A stretch of DNA of 64,000 nucleotides. Source: Giardia intestinalis (Eukaryota). Shown here piece by piece: positions 20,205 through 31,521 of the stretch; the first letter of the stretch is position 1; every line of letters begins with the position of its first letter. Below the pieces are notes generated by a model. It was not told the origin of the DNA, did no database searches, and was given only the letters and a program-made list of their open reading frames with translations. Made by a program: the position numbers and the translations under genes. The stretch is taken from the NCBI GenBank assembly GCA_000002435.2, contig CM018790.1; one strand, 5' to 3'.

Positions 20205-21842
20205 ATGAGCGTAGAGTACACTTATACAGACGCCAAGGAGCTCTCCAGTGGTGCCTTTAGCTCTGTCTTCTGCGCAGTGCAACGAAATGCAGCAGGAAAT
20301 CCTGTCCGGCTGGTTGCCCTCAAGCGGCTGAACAAAATCCCAGAGAATGACAGAAATATACTTTCAAACGACCCTCATCGGGAGAAGATGTTTCTGGAGG
20401 CTCTCTGTCATGAAAATGTTGTGGAGTTGCTTGATTTTTTCGAGTCAATGCCTTACAGTCACTCTCGGAAAGGGTCTCGCTTCATAGCCAATAGTGATTC
20501 TGAAGAGCTACACTGTACAGCAACATCGGACGGAGAGGAGTCCTCAGAGGAGTCCTTCGAAGAGGAGAATCGACAGGAGTTGAGAAGGGCTTTAAGTCAG
20601 GCACCACTTGCAGATGTGCTCGAGTGCGATTCGCAGGTACTAGCATCTAACATGTATAACGTCTCAAACATGTCGAATAGAACCACAACTGAGAGCATTC
20701 CGAGGCTTACAGATGAGCACGACTTAACAGAGGAAGACTTGAGCATAGTACCCCTCAGCACCGGGGCCACGTCACCCCACTCAGCCCAGTTAAATAGTTC
20801 AGATACCTTGCTGGGCAGCCAATCAAGCGTTGCTGAGTCCATTGAGAAACAGCGAAGAAGTAGGGGTCCATCTGGAAGCGTGCGATCACGGTCATCGCAC
20901 ATTACATCACGCTCTGGTGCCCGTCTCACAAAAGTGTACTTTATAGTGATGGCATATTTTCCGTACAACCTTCACGATCTCCTGTATTGCAATGATGTCC
21001 GGTTCCATCTGCCCCAGCGCCTTCCCATTGCTATAGCCAAGAACATCTGTTTGCAAATGGCCCGGGGGGTCGCATACGTCCATAGCCGCAACATTATCCA
21101 TAGGGATCTGAAGTTGCTAAACTTTCTACTTGCAGCAGATGGCACAGTCAAGCTGGGTGACTTTGGACAGTCGTGCCATATCTCGGAGGCAAAGCTTTCT
21201 AATTCTGGCACACGTAACTACAGGGCAATAGAGTTGTGTCTGGGCCGGACAGACTACGACTACTGTGTCGATGTGTACTCATTGGGCTTGCTCTTCTTTG
21301 AGGTTATATGTGGGAGGCCTCTGTTTAGCTGTTCTAACGACATAGAATACGTTTACAAAACAAACCAGCTTCTGGGGCCGCTGTCGCCGTTCGAATCGGT
21401 ATATTCTGCTCCCGACTTCGACAAGCTTGTACTGACATCAGAGCATGAATTTCAATCTGGTTTGCTGTCCCTTCTAAATAAATACTATCCTGAGATACCG
21501 GAAGGGTTCTACTCTGAGAGCTTCTTTGCAGCACCCGAGCGGTCACGTCAGCTACCCCAACTGCATTCTAATCCTGCCACCATTAAGAAGCCTAAGATGG
21601 TACAATCAATGAACACCATAGTAGACGGTGTGTCCAGCAAAAGTGCCAGGAGCGATGGGGGCAACAAAGGCTCCCTCTTCTGTAACTTATTGTGCGGTAT
21701 GTTGCACCCCAACATAAAGCAGCGGCTCAAAATGCCCGAGGTACTGTCGCATCCATGGTTTCGAGACGGTATAGGATCAACAGAACTAGTAGCCAAGTTC
21801 ATTAAACTCTCTGATGCAGCCACCGTGGACAAAGATCGATAA
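20205..21842 (+). CDS. CMGC-group Ser/Thr protein kinase (CDK/GSK3-like C-lobe) with a ~190-aa acidic/Ser-rich insert in the N-lobe
   Basis: VALKRL (beta3 Lys), HRDLKLLNFLL, DFGQS, and GTRNYRAIELCLGRTDYDYCVDVYSLGLLFFE (CMGC 'YRAPE' block with P->I); true ATG at 20205. Confidence 0.7.
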   Translation: MSVEYTYTDAKELSSGAFSSVFCAVQRNAAGNPVRLVALKRLNKIPENDRNILSNDPHREKMFLEALCHENVVELLDFFESMPYSHSRKGSRFIANSDSEELHCTATSDGEESSEESFEEENRQELRRALSQAPLADVLECDSQVLASNMYNVSNMSNRTTTESIPRLTDEHDLTEEDLSIVPLSTGATSPHSAQLNSSDTLLGSQSSVAESIEKQRRSRGPSGSVRSRSSHITSRSGARLTKVYFIVMAYFPYNLHDLLYCNDVRFHLPQRLPIAIAKNICLQMARGVAYVHSRNIIHRDLKLLNFLLAADGTVKLGDFGQSCHISEAKLSNSGTRNYRAIELCLGRTDYDYCVDVYSLGLLFFEVICGRPLFSCSNDIEYVYKTNQLLGPLSPFESVYSAPDFDKLVLTSEHEFQSGLLSLLNKYYPEIPEGFYSESFFAAPERSRQLPQLHSNPATIKKPKMVQSMNTIVDGVSSKSARSDGGNKGSLFCNLLCGMLHPNIKQRLKMPEVLSHPWFRDGIGSTELVAKFIKLSDAATVDKDR

Positions 21843-22031
21843 ATATCTTCACTAACTTTATTAATTTTTGACGTCCAAAGGCTGCAGGCTTGTAGATTTG
21901 TGGAGCTGATGGAGTCAGCAAGTCGACACCGTAGAACACCTCTTACTTACTTCTTCCATTCCTTTTACCTTTGCATGCACTTTGTGTTGATAGAATGTAT
22001 TTATTAAACGCAACACAGGTGTCCTCAAAAA

Positions 22032-22922
22032 ATGCCACAACATCTTGAATGTACATTAGAGCAAAAACAGATCCTGCAGGGTCTGGCGGCCAATGTTGTG
22101 CGTGTGCGCGGAGGGGCTTTCACAGTGGAGGAACTTCTTGCCAATCCCGTCCTGCTACACGAACAAGTTTCTAGCATCCGTGTGAGCTGGGACGCGATAG
22201 TGAAGCATCTCAATATAAGCAGGAACAGCGCATATCACTGGTATCACGAAACTTATGTTCGCCACATTACAGGAACAAAAGTCACGCCGGTTGATAAAGC
22301 TATAATTAGAAACACGATATTGCGAGGCATAGAAGACCGTTCAATCCTGCTCGACGAGTTCAGGTCAAAGCTGAAGGCGTCGTTGAGTCGGAATTATCAT
22401 AGGGCAGAGTTCACTATGACGTACAACAATCTTTTGCGCAGTCGCTGTGTGCAGACAGCCATGGCGAACGCAGGAATAACCCTCCCTTCTCGCAGGTCTA
22501 CTAGGCCCAACCAAAACAGCGCTCAGAAAACTGCCCAGAAGGGGGTTGTCCCTGTTCTCCCAGATAAGGCTGATTTCACAGCACAACTCAACGCCCCGTT
22601 CAGTGCACAGCCAGCACAGCCAGTCTACAAGCCACCGCCTCCCTTATACATGGAGGCTCCGGACCGCATTCTGTCCACACCTGTTTTTGCCCCCATACAA
22701 AACAACTTTATCACAAATCTTCCATTCATATCCACTGCGCCCGTCATGTCCTTCTCATATCCCAAAAATGCCCACACAGAAGGCGTTACTTCTACCGCCC
22801 CGCTGACTAACAATCCAATCTCATATGAGCTGCTGAGCATCCCCCCTCCTTGCCTGCCACAATGGGGCACACCCTTTTCTATTCAGCAAATACCGAGCAG
22901 CTCCATTCTGCCGGCGAAGTAG
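22032..22922 (+). CDS. Myb/SANT-like HTH protein with Pro-rich C-terminus (paralog A)
   Basis: W..IVKHLNISRNSAYHWYHETY fits the Myb third-helix pattern W..IA..L.GR...QC..RW; a second degenerate repeat follows. About 35% identical over ~150 aa to ORF 41992..42945. True ATG after 'cctcaaaaa'. Confidence 0.5.
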   Translation: MPQHLECTLEQKQILQGLAANVVRVRGGAFTVEELLANPVLLHEQVSSIRVSWDAIVKHLNISRNSAYHWYHETYVRHITGTKVTPVDKAIIRNTILRGIEDRSILLDEFRSKLKASLSRNYHRAEFTMTYNNLLRSRCVQTAMANAGITLPSRRSTRPNQNSAQKTAQKGVVPVLPDKADFTAQLNAPFSAQPAQPVYKPPPPLYMEAPDRILSTPVFAPIQNNFITNLPFISTAPVMSFSYPKNAHTEGVTSTAPLTNNPISYELLSIPPPCLPQWGTPFSIQQIPSSSILPAK

Positions 22923-23298
22923 ATGAGGCAAAATATCTAATTCTAACACTGTTCAGCTCTTGTGCTTAACCTTGGAGCTGATCTAAGTTGTGAATTTGTA
23001 ATGTTTTTGTAATGTTTTGATGGAGATATATGGAATAGAGGGGGATTGAGACTGTTCATGGTTATCTTTTGCTTACATTACACATGCTAATGTATGTATC
23101 TTGCTAGAGTAGAGTGAGTGAACTGATTTTATGTATGTGTGTACATGTATGCGTCTTTATCCACAATTGTGCTTCGCCAAATGTCGAGATTATGATCTAG
23201 AGCGATTAGCTTCTTCCTCACGCCACGTTGTCCATCGTTCCTTGTCTTTCCTGTGGGCGTTTATGTAGATGGCTAGTTAAAAACATAATCTACGAAGG

Positions 23299-24909
23299 AT
23301 GTTCTTTACTTTCGTATGGACTACGGTAACTATATTGAGCTCGGAAACAAATACAATAGACTCTTCTGAACCGTACCGTAATGGTTTTGGAGATACTTGC
23401 CGTGCTGGACAGGTAGGCTCTTGCGTTAGTAACAAGTGTATCAACATAGGAAGATTCGCTAACGTTTGCACAGAGTGTCAGGGGGACAAGGTTCCTATCA
23501 ACGGTGTTTGTAGTGATGGTTCTGGACGCGACCAGAACCCAGATACCTCTATGTGTGTGAAGGTGACTAAGAACGGGTCATCATACTGTACAGGCTGTAA
23601 CGCAAAGTCTGCAAGTGACAATACGTTCTTTCTTTTCTATGGGGGATGCTATGATACTAAGGATTTCCCTGGATCGAACATTTGCTCTACGGCTAGCAAC
23701 GGAGTTTGTTCATCGTGCAATCCCAATAGTAGATTTGTGTTTGTTAATCCAAACAATCAAGCACCTGAGAAGTGCATCCTGTGCTCTGACAATGTTGGAT
23801 TCAGTGGAAATCAAGGTGTAGCAGGTTGTGCAGTGTGTCTCGAGGGCTCTTGGAAGCACGCACCATTCCAGGACGCCGGTGTCCAGTGCACTGTTTGTTT
23901 CTTGAAAGAATATGCCCCCATAGATGGCTCGTGCAAGGAGTTTAACCCGCACATCTGTAGCGATGGATATTGCACATACTGCTATAAGACACACATATAT
24001 CACAATGGCGGATGCTACGATAGAAATCAGCAGTACAGTGCTTCAATCTGCTCCCCAGAAAATCAGTTTGTTCTTGGAGATTATACAGGTTGCAAAGAGT
24101 GTGCAAATGAAAACGAAGTACCACGTGAGGGGGGCTGCAAGCGGACACTGAATGTTGATAATTGTTCTAAGGACGCTGCGAAGGGTATGTGTCTCGACTG
24201 CCGAAAGCATAACCCTGGCACCACCGTCTTTCTATACATGGGAGGCTGCTACAACACCACTGAACGCATGGGACAGCAGGTATGTTCGTCAGCTTCAAAC
24301 GGAGTCTGCACAACATGCGCCATCAGCGGGTGTACTAAGTGTGACCTTCAGTCGACCGTGATTCAGTGTAACGACTGTGGGTCAGGCTATCTCAGTTTGG
24401 ATAAGTCTATGTGCCTCCAGTCGTGCCCAGCACCGAGTCAGCGGCCAGCAGCGGGCTCTCCCAACAAATGCGAATGCAGTGATGGCTATGTTTTTAATCA
24501 AGTCAGTACAACGTGCGATTCAGTAACTAATTGCCCAGCTAGCGTCACCGGCTGTTCCACCTGTGATAATGCTGGCTTGTGCCTGACCTGTGTGTATCCT
24601 GCGTACAGCATTCAGCCAGATAGGCGGTCGTGTTCCTTGGGATGCCCAGACAATTTTATCGGAGTGGCTGGAGAAATGTGCCGTTGCAAAGACGGATACA
24701 TTTTGCAGGGGAGTACATGCATTGCCATGTCCAATAAGGCAGGCCTTGCTACTGGGTCAGTAGTCGCCATAGTGGTCGTGGTCTTAGTTCTCTTGGTGGT
24801 TGCTGGTGTCCTTTGCTGGTTCTTCCTCAAGAAGAAGAAGGTAATCAAGAATAAGCCCACACACTCGCTAGAAAATCTCGGTTTGGTATCTGCTGTAGAT
24901 ACGCTGTAA
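23299..24909 (+). CDS. high-cysteine membrane protein (HCMP; VSP-like ectodomain, non-VSP tail)
   Basis: Signal peptide, numerous CxxC and GGCYD/GGCYN motifs, C-terminal TM VVAIVVVVLVLLVVAGVLCWFFL plus a 25-aa basic tail (KKKKVIKNKP...) with no CRGKA. Confidence 0.7.
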   Translation: MFFTFVWTTVTILSSETNTIDSSEPYRNGFGDTCRAGQVGSCVSNKCINIGRFANVCTECQGDKVPINGVCSDGSGRDQNPDTSMCVKVTKNGSSYCTGCNAKSASDNTFFLFYGGCYDTKDFPGSNICSTASNGVCSSCNPNSRFVFVNPNNQAPEKCILCSDNVGFSGNQGVAGCAVCLEGSWKHAPFQDAGVQCTVCFLKEYAPIDGSCKEFNPHICSDGYCTYCYKTHIYHNGGCYDRNQQYSASICSPENQFVLGDYTGCKECANENEVPREGGCKRTLNVDNCSKDAAKGMCLDCRKHNPGTTVFLYMGGCYNTTERMGQQVCSSASNGVCTTCAISGCTKCDLQSTVIQCNDCGSGYLSLDKSMCLQSCPAPSQRPAAGSPNKCECSDGYVFNQVSTTCDSVTNCPASVTGCSTCDNAGLCLTCVYPAYSIQPDRRSCSLGCPDNFIGVAGEMCRCKDGYILQGSTCIAMSNKAGLATGSVVAIVVVVLVLLVVAGVLCWFFLKKKKVIKNKPTHSLENLGLVSAVDTL

Positions 24910-25036
24910 TGGAGGTACTGCTTGTGCCTTGATTCTTGTGGCCTCCGCCTTCGTTTGGTAATATTGGTAAAGTCCTTTATGAATAAATTTTCCCAGAGCT
25001 TGCCTTCACTTCCTTGCTAATTTGAAAATAATTGTT

Positions 25037-26158
25037 ATGTCTCTGGCCGATAAGATAGCCGAGGTTGAGGCGGAGATAGCGCGCACCCAGAAGAACAAAG
25101 CGACAGAGTTCCACATCGGCCGCCTCAAGGCCAAGTTGGCCCAGCTCCGCCGTGACCTGATAGGGACAACCACCAAGAGGGGTGGCACCGGGGGGATAGG
25201 GTTTGACGTGTCTAAGACGGGCCATGCGCGCGTTGGCCTTGTTGGCTTTCCGTCTGTTGGAAAAAGTACCCTCCTGACAAAGCTTACTTCAGCGAAGTCT
25301 GAGGTGGCTGAGTATGAGTTCACAACGTTGACAGCGATTCCAGGGACCTTTGTCCATAAGAACACTAAGATACAGCTTGTGGACTTGCCTGGGATAATCG
25401 AAGGTGCTGCAGACGGCCGGGGTAAGGGTCGTCAAGTAATAGCTACAGCTCGCACTTCCGACTTAATCCTGATAGTCCTGGACGCAACAAAGTCCTTAGC
25501 AATGAAGCGCAAGATAGAGAGGGAGCTTGAAGGCTTTGGAATACGACTTAATAAGCGCCCTCCCTTGATCAAGGTGGACAGGAAAGACAGAGGTGGCATC
25601 ACCTTCTCGATTGGGATACCTGGAGGTGAAGAGCTAAAGAATCTCTCAGAAGCTCTTGTTACTTCCATCCTCAGCGAGTATAAAATCCACAATGCAGATG
25701 TCACTATTCAGGATGCAAACGTCACCGTCGACGATCTCATTGACGTAATAGAAGGCAATCGTGTCTACATGCCGGCGCTCTATGTGGTCAACAAGATAGA
25801 TAGCATCACCATAGAGGAGCTGGATCTCTTTGATGAGCTTCCAAACTGGGTACCCATTTCCAGTGAGCACGAGTGGAATTTGGATGAGCTTCTTGACAGA
25901 ATATGGGAGAAGCTGGGCATCATACGCGTTTATACAAAGCCGCGCGCTGGAAAGGTTGACTTTGAGGAGCCAGTCATCATCCGAGTTCGCAAAGAAGAGC
26001 CGACGGTTGAGACATTCTGCCGTCATATCCACAAGGAGATACTCAATCGGATGAAGTCGGCGATTGTCTATGGAACCAGTGCAAAACATTTGGGGCAACA
26101 GGTGGGAAAGGCCCATGTCCTTCACGACGAAGATGTTGTCACTATTTTGACTAGTTGA
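25037..26158 (+). CDS. DRG: developmentally regulated GTP-binding protein (DRG, Obg family) with C-terminal TGS domain
   Basis: [39 protein letters not shown]; G1 GFPSVGKST; G3 DLPGIIEGA; G4 NKID. The ORF-track start at 25022 is a TTG; the ATG is at 25037. Confidence 0.85.
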   Translation: MSLADKIAEVEAEIARTQKNKATEFHIGRLKAKLAQLRRDLIGTTTKRGGTGGIGFDVSKTGHARVGLVGFPSVGKSTLLTKLTSAKSEVAEYEFTTLTAIPGTFVHKNTKIQLVDLPGIIEGAADGRGKGRQVIATARTSDLILIVLDATKSLAMKRKIERELEGFGIRLNKRPPLIKVDRKDRGGITFSIGIPGGEELKNLSEALVTSILSEYKIHNADVTIQDANVTVDDLIDVIEGNRVYMPALYVVNKIDSITIEELDLFDELPNWVPISSEHEWNLDELLDRIWEKLGIIRVYTKPRAGKVDFEEPVIIRVRKEEPTVETFCRHIHKEILNRMKSAIVYGTSAKHLGQQVGKAHVLHDEDVVTILTS

Positions 26159-26473
26159 TAGTAGGGTTTGCGCGACTTGTGTCTGGCCATTTACTTATAC
26201 ATATTAAAAGGATGTCGCCAGAATGACTAGTCTCGTTTTCGCTTATCCCACTTAGGGTGCAGTAAAATCTACTAGAGTGGCACGATTTATCCTATTCTAT
26301 TCTATCTTACTATACACTACACTACAGTGCACAAAGGGTTAGTAAACGAACTTTTGTTGCCTGACAGTTTAACAATTGAGGGTAATACTTGAGAGATTGG
26401 ATTAAAAAAAATTGTTAATCCCCGCCAGGAGCAGGCTCGAAAAGCCTCACCCCAGCATCACAGCGAAAAGACT

Positions 26474-29400
26474 ATGAAGACTGCGGCGCTATCTATTGAA
26501 CATACACTATATTACCAGCTCAGGAATGATGGGCGCAACGCCGTGGAGATTAGTCTTGAGGATGGGGCCGAGCTAACACACATGGGAGAAACCCCTGACG
26601 ATGTGCTTGTTCTACTGAAAAAGATCAATGCACATGCCTCCACGGCTCAGGGCTCTCATCTTACAATTCAAGTTCGTGGACAGACCCCTTCTGGTGCACA
26701 CACTAAGACTCCGTTGCATCTGCCACCGTTAGTCACCATTGGAGTCATGAAGCTGCCTGACTCATTACTGCTTGGTGAGTTCAACTACTTTAACGTTTTC
26801 ATGAATAATCCCCGTACCGCCAATGACCTATCTGATAGTCAAGTTCTCTGTGCTATAGACTCCCCAGGAATCTTCTGGGACGTCATTCAAGATAAAATAA
26901 AGCAACTAGACATGCTTAGATTCTTTGACACTGACGTTGTTACTCTGTTAGCAACGTATAGTGCTCAAGAGCTCTCTTTCTCACTGGCTATCAACGGAGT
27001 CGTCAAGCCTTTGTTTTGTAATTATCGCTTAACATCTCCACAGGCACAGGGGCATGTCAGCCCTTTCTTTTTTATCCAATTCAATAATATCAGCCTTAAA
27101 GTCGTTGGCAATATAGCTAGTGTACAGGCCAGCCTTCCAAATCCGAAAAAGACGTTTAGTCCTTTTTCTCACTATCTCCAAAATAATTTTACTTCCAATC
27201 TTATCACTCCCCTGCTTTCCAAGATTGAACCACCACTTAACGAGCCGCCTGGTCTCTGTGCACCCACGCCCCCACTACCTGGTGTGTCAGCCACTGCTAC
27301 CATAGCTTTTTCTACCACTCCACAGCAGCCACAACAGGTCGTGCTCTCTTCGGAGAAGATTATGTACAAACACACTGCTAGCAAGCCTTCTCCAAAGCCA
27401 GCTGTGCTACCTTTCAAACCCACAACTTCTACTGTGGAACAGCACATGCAATTCGTGCAGTCTGCGCCGCCTGTTTGGGATAAACTTACTGGAGTTAGAA
27501 AGCCCGTTGAACTGTCGAACATTTATGGTTTCGGTAAGCAGATGGGCAACCATACGGTGTGCGCTGATGAATCGACTATTTATGTAGAAGTAGACTTGGG
27601 AGCTCTTAATGTTTCAGCAAACCAGAAGCCAATCCAGCAATATAACTTTTCAACTACAGCCACTGAGTCATCACTGGAAAACTTAGATGCATCACAGTTT
27701 TCTCTTGCTGTCTTCTCGCTTGTTAAGACCTTGGGATCTCTATCTTCCATGGTGATCAATACACGCTCTTCGGACCTTATCAAGCCTAATGTGAGACTAA
27801 TATGTGTCCACAAAGAAGTTCTCAAGGCATTACCTTTATGTGCATTGTTTCCCATTTTCTTGTCTTCTAACGTCATTGAACCCGAGATACCATCTATTAG
27901 GTCCTCTGGACTTTATGATTTCTTAGTAAGTGAAAACGGCGTGGAAATGCAGTCGCACCGCGACGGCACTCTCATTAAGATTGACAGGTTTATACTCAGA
28001 ACTTTTGACAATCTTTCTCAATTCTTTGACAAGGATTTCTATGAGAAAATGGTATCGTTGGAAAGCAACCTAATCAGTGATCGACCTCCCCTTGATCTTC
28101 AGATTAGTTCGTATGTCCTCTGTATCTCTATCAACACTGCGTGCATTAGCGTTCTCCAGCACACAGATGAGCGCCGTACAAAAGTACTCGCGTCGATGAG
28201 TAATGCACAAGTTCAGAGCTGGTTTTCGTTGTCTCAGCTATCTACACCACTCGCTTGGCACAGAGTAGCTGAAGTTATGTACAGGCAAATGCCTGACAAT
28301 GCCTCCTATTCCAATGGCTTCCGGTTTCTTCGAAACACTCTGGGATTTATGGGCTTTATCGACTTGTCCTACAGAATTGCCACTATAGACACTGAGGGCG
28401 TTGCAATAACAACCCCTATTCCCCTGGCCGATCCTCGACTCACCACAACCGATACCTTGGAGACCCCCGTATCCATCTGTGGAGTATCCATGCCCAAGGG
28501 ATGCACTCTTCAACTGGTGACGTACGACATTTCAAGGGATAGAAAGCTGGGAGGACATAAAAACATTTCACAGGACTACTTCCTTAATCCGCCGGGAAAA
28601 TCATCGTATCTGGATTATTCTACCTTTAATCGTGGGGTATACCAAAGCGAAGCGATAAAAACTTATGAATTTCTATATGAAAACGTTTTTGCTAAGAAAG
28701 GCGACAAGCGAGCCGCTGACAACAAGGCACATGCTATGGACACTGCCCTCAAACACACCCTAAGTGAGCTTTTGTCGTTGCTTGACACACACCATGACCT
28801 ACTAGATGCTGCAGCTTCCCATTTAAGCAGTCCAGACTATCTTTATGATGTCTTCATAAGCAGAGAGCTGGATAGGGTCCAGTCTCCGGTCAGATCTTCT
28901 GTCATTAGGCACGCATGTTCATTTCATACTGATATTAGAAGGATTGATGCCTCGATTGATAGTGTGAAAAACTCTATAGACATATGGAACAAGCTTAAAT
29001 CCATAGTGGAGGCAGGCCTTCCTTTTTGGATCTTCTTCGACGAAATAACCAACGTGACGAGAAGCCAATCTGAAGCGCACGAACAGGATTTTGTAGTGAC
29101 GAACAATTCCCCCTCTTTCAACGGCCGTGAATTCATAATTGTTGCGCATCGAGTGGGTGCCCGTATCCTCTATGTTTTATATGCTGATGGAACTCCTGTG
29201 CAAACGGTCCTCACAGCTAAACCAATCAATGTCATGTTGGCGTTCGACTCTCCCTGGGCCATGAACTCCAAATATTATCTCTGCAAATCACCCGTATATT
29301 CGCCCAATTATTTGAGGTTGACATCGTGGAAAGAGTGCTTCCAAAAGCCTATTCCATTCACTCCCTATCTTCCCTCCCACTTAGAAATGATCCCGCTGAC

Positions 29401-31318
29401 ATCGTCTCTAAATTTGGAAATGGGGTCTTCTATGCTTAGCAACAGCAATAGCAGCGCTGAGTCGTTGTCACTGTATAACAACGTCGCCAACAAGATGTCT
29501 CATTGGGAAAGCCTACTATTTGTGGGATCGAACTCCCTTGTCACCCCTCAGACCACCAATATTTATATCTCTATCTATTCGCCGTACCACCCTGACGATG
29601 ACAATCTGTCAATTCTCCACCACTCACTGGTTAGACAGTATGGCAGCAAGAGCCCCAGAGGCTCATACGAGGAGGGGAACTACATAAGCCTCGTAGCATC
29701 TCAGTACCGTCAGCGTGTATCTAGCCATGTCGGTCTCCACAGCTTCAGCAATAGAAGCTCTACGCGTAGACTTGACATCGACACCACCATGCTTAATCTT
29801 AGCAAGAAAGACATTGAGAAAGCGCCAAAGAACGACCATGTTCTCAACAACATCTCTATGTATCGGTTGGGAAAGGCTGCAAAGGCAGAGCTATTGGCTA
29901 ATATTACGAATCAATATTACATGGATGGATACAAGTTTGATGGCGTAAACAATCCGCTTCTAGAGGATAAATCCATTGAAAGATTGAAAAAGAGTATCCA
30001 TGCACCGGAGAGTTACAGGTTTAGCTGGCAGGATTTGAAGGCATCTCTTGGGGGCCTTTATGAAGAGCCCATCCTTTTGTTTCTATGCATGGGGCATTGT
30101 ATTGATTATACACACATGTTCAACACAGAAGAACTGTTCTATGGAGAAAATGATACGGATACCATTGTCTGGAACCTTCTACTATTGATATTTGGCGGTG
30201 GAAACATCTACAAGCCGTGTATCCCGGTGGTCAATTTTCTGATAAATGGTATAAATGAACGAGCAACCCGTCTACAGAGTCCAACCAATCCAGAACTTTT
30301 AATGAACGGAAACGTTGGACCCATTAAGAGGCCAATCAATCCCAAAACCCTATTGGATATATCTTTTCCACCAAATATATTGCGAGATGAGTATCGCTCT
30401 TTCTATAACTATGACAAGCTGTGTTATGCATATGCAAGTAATGCGTTTGAAGCGTACCACTTTGGGGAGAGCCTAAGGTCTGTTGAAACTAGCCAAGACA
30501 CGAGGATAACGTCCACTGTTTCTCTTGCTCCTACGTGCAATCCTCCTGCGTCTGTCTATGTTCGGTTTGAGTATATCTATGTCCCTAGAATATCTACTGG
30601 TTCCATTGATGAAATACTGCTCCACGAGAGTGAGAGAGTCAACAAGGTGATAGACGACCTTCACAACGTTGCAAGTGGACAGGATGACAACTGCGAGGCT
30701 TCTTTCCCCCAATTTGAACTGGTCAATACCGCGACATCGAAGCCATTATATGCATCTTTTCAGCGAACCAATGTCACCACAGTGGTACCATATGCAGCCT
30801 CAAAAAGCAACAGGTCCACAATGCAGCTGTCCAACAAGCCAACGACTTCATTTGTCCCAAGCGTCGATGGCAATAGCAACAAGGATATTAACAGAGAGAT
30901 GAACATGTACACGGTTTCCAACAATGGATACGCCGTTGACGCTACAAACCTGGACATCTGTGTGCTTCTCAGTGAGATGCTTCCAAACAGGCCTCTCTAT
31001 TCTCATTGCTTAAAAGTAGTTGTGCGATTCCAAGGAAAGTATGGTCGCTTTATGATCGACAGATATAGCTCTACATTTTCGTGCGCACGATTCACTGGAG
31101 ATGATCGCACAAAAAAGAAGTACATGGAAATGCACGGCGAAATGCGGGTGACCATCATCCTGGATTACAAGCAGATGTTCATCTTTATGTTTCTGCAGGA
31201 CCTTCTCTCAAACAGCCAGACAAATGCCCAACGTGTGCCGTGGAAAATCAACTGGCCTGTTCGCTTCATGGTTCTTCTTCATCACGCTTCTGCAGAGATC
31301 ACTACCTTGGAAAACTGA
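26474..31318 (+). CDS. hypothetical large protein (1614 aa), no recognisable domain
   Basis: 4.8-kb uninterrupted ORF, true ATG, Giardia-like composition. Confidence 0.55.
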   Translation: MKTAALSIEHTLYYQLRNDGRNAVEISLEDGAELTHMGETPDDVLVLLKKINAHASTAQGSHLTIQVRGQTPSGAHTKTPLHLPPLVTIGVMKLPDSLLLGEFNYFNVFMNNPRTANDLSDSQVLCAIDSPGIFWDVIQDKIKQLDMLRFFDTDVVTLLATYSAQELSFSLAINGVVKPLFCNYRLTSPQAQGHVSPFFFIQFNNISLKVVGNIASVQASLPNPKKTFSPFSHYLQNNFTSNLITPLLSKIEPPLNEPPGLCAPTPPLPGVSATATIAFSTTPQQPQQVVLSSEKIMYKHTASKPSPKPAVLPFKPTTSTVEQHMQFVQSAPPVWDKLTGVRKPVELSNIYGFGKQMGNHTVCADESTIYVEVDLGALNVSANQKPIQQYNFSTTATESSLENLDASQFSLAVFSLVKTLGSLSSMVINTRSSDLIKPNVRLICVHKEVLKALPLCALFPIFLSSNVIEPEIPSIRSSGLYDFLVSENGVEMQSHRDGTLIKIDRFILRTFDNLSQFFDKDFYEKMVSLESNLISDRPPLDLQISSYVLCISINTACISVLQHTDERRTKVLASMSNAQVQSWFSLSQLSTPLAWHRVAEVMYRQMPDNASYSNGFRFLRNTLGFMGFIDLSYRIATIDTEGVAITTPIPLADPRLTTTDTLETPVSICGVSMPKGCTLQLVTYDISRDRKLGGHKNISQDYFLNPPGKSSYLDYSTFNRGVYQSEAIKTYEFLYENVFAKKGDKRAADNKAHAMDTALKHTLSELLSLLDTHHDLLDAAASHLSSPDYLYDVFISRELDRVQSPVRSSVIRHACSFHTDIRRIDASIDSVKNSIDIWNKLKSIVEAGLPFWIFFDEITNVTRSQSEAHEQDFVVTNNSPSFNGREFIIVAHRVGARILYVLYADGTPVQTVLTAKPINVMLAFDSPWAMNSKYYLCKSPVYSPNYLRLTSWKECFQKPIPFTPYLPSHLEMIPLTSSLNLEMGSSMLSNSNSSAESLSLYNNVANKMSHWESLLFVGSNSLVTPQTTNIYISIYSPYHPDDDNLSILHHSLVRQYGSKSPRGSYEEGNYISLVASQYRQRVSSHVGLHSFSNRSSTRRLDIDTTMLNLSKKDIEKAPKNDHVLNNISMYRLGKAAKAELLANITNQYYMDGYKFDGVNNPLLEDKSIERLKKSIHAPESYRFSWQDLKASLGGLYEEPILLFLCMGHCIDYTHMFNTEELFYGENDTDTIVWNLLLLIFGGGNIYKPCIPVVNFLINGINERATRLQSPTNPELLMNGNVGPIKRPINPKTLLDISFPPNILRDEYRSFYNYDKLCYAYASNAFEAYHFGESLRSVETSQDTRITSTVSLAPTCNPPASVYVRFEYIYVPRISTGSIDEILLHESERVNKVIDDLHNVASGQDDNCEASFPQFELVNTATSKPLYASFQRTNVTTVVPYAASKSNRSTMQLSNKPTTSFVPSVDGNSNKDINREMNMYTVSNNGYAVDATNLDICVLLSEMLPNRPLYSHCLKVVVRFQGKYGRFMIDRYSSTFSCARFTGDDRTKKKYMEMHGEMRVTIILDYKQMFIFMFLQDLLSNSQTNAQRVPWKINWPVRFMVLLHHASAEITTLEN

Positions 31319-31521
31319 GGATCGACAGCCTTGTCCAATCTTGCCCCTAATGTTTAAATGAACTGGAACAGATTTTATTTTTTTACAATCAGATTTACCT
31401 GCTCATTTTTTTGAATTAAAAAATAAAAACCCAGATTTAAACAACATTAAACAACACGGCAAGAGTATTACATCGAGCAGAGGAGACGGTAGTCTCTGTG
31501 CAAGGAGTCTACGAAGTGGGG

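Noticed and set aside
26159-26473. 315-bp intergenic region with ctattctattctatcttactatacactacactacag micro-repeats, considered for a snoRNA or small ncRNA
   Set aside because: No box C/D (RTGATGA...CTGA) or H/ACA features could be identified by eye, so it is left unannotated.
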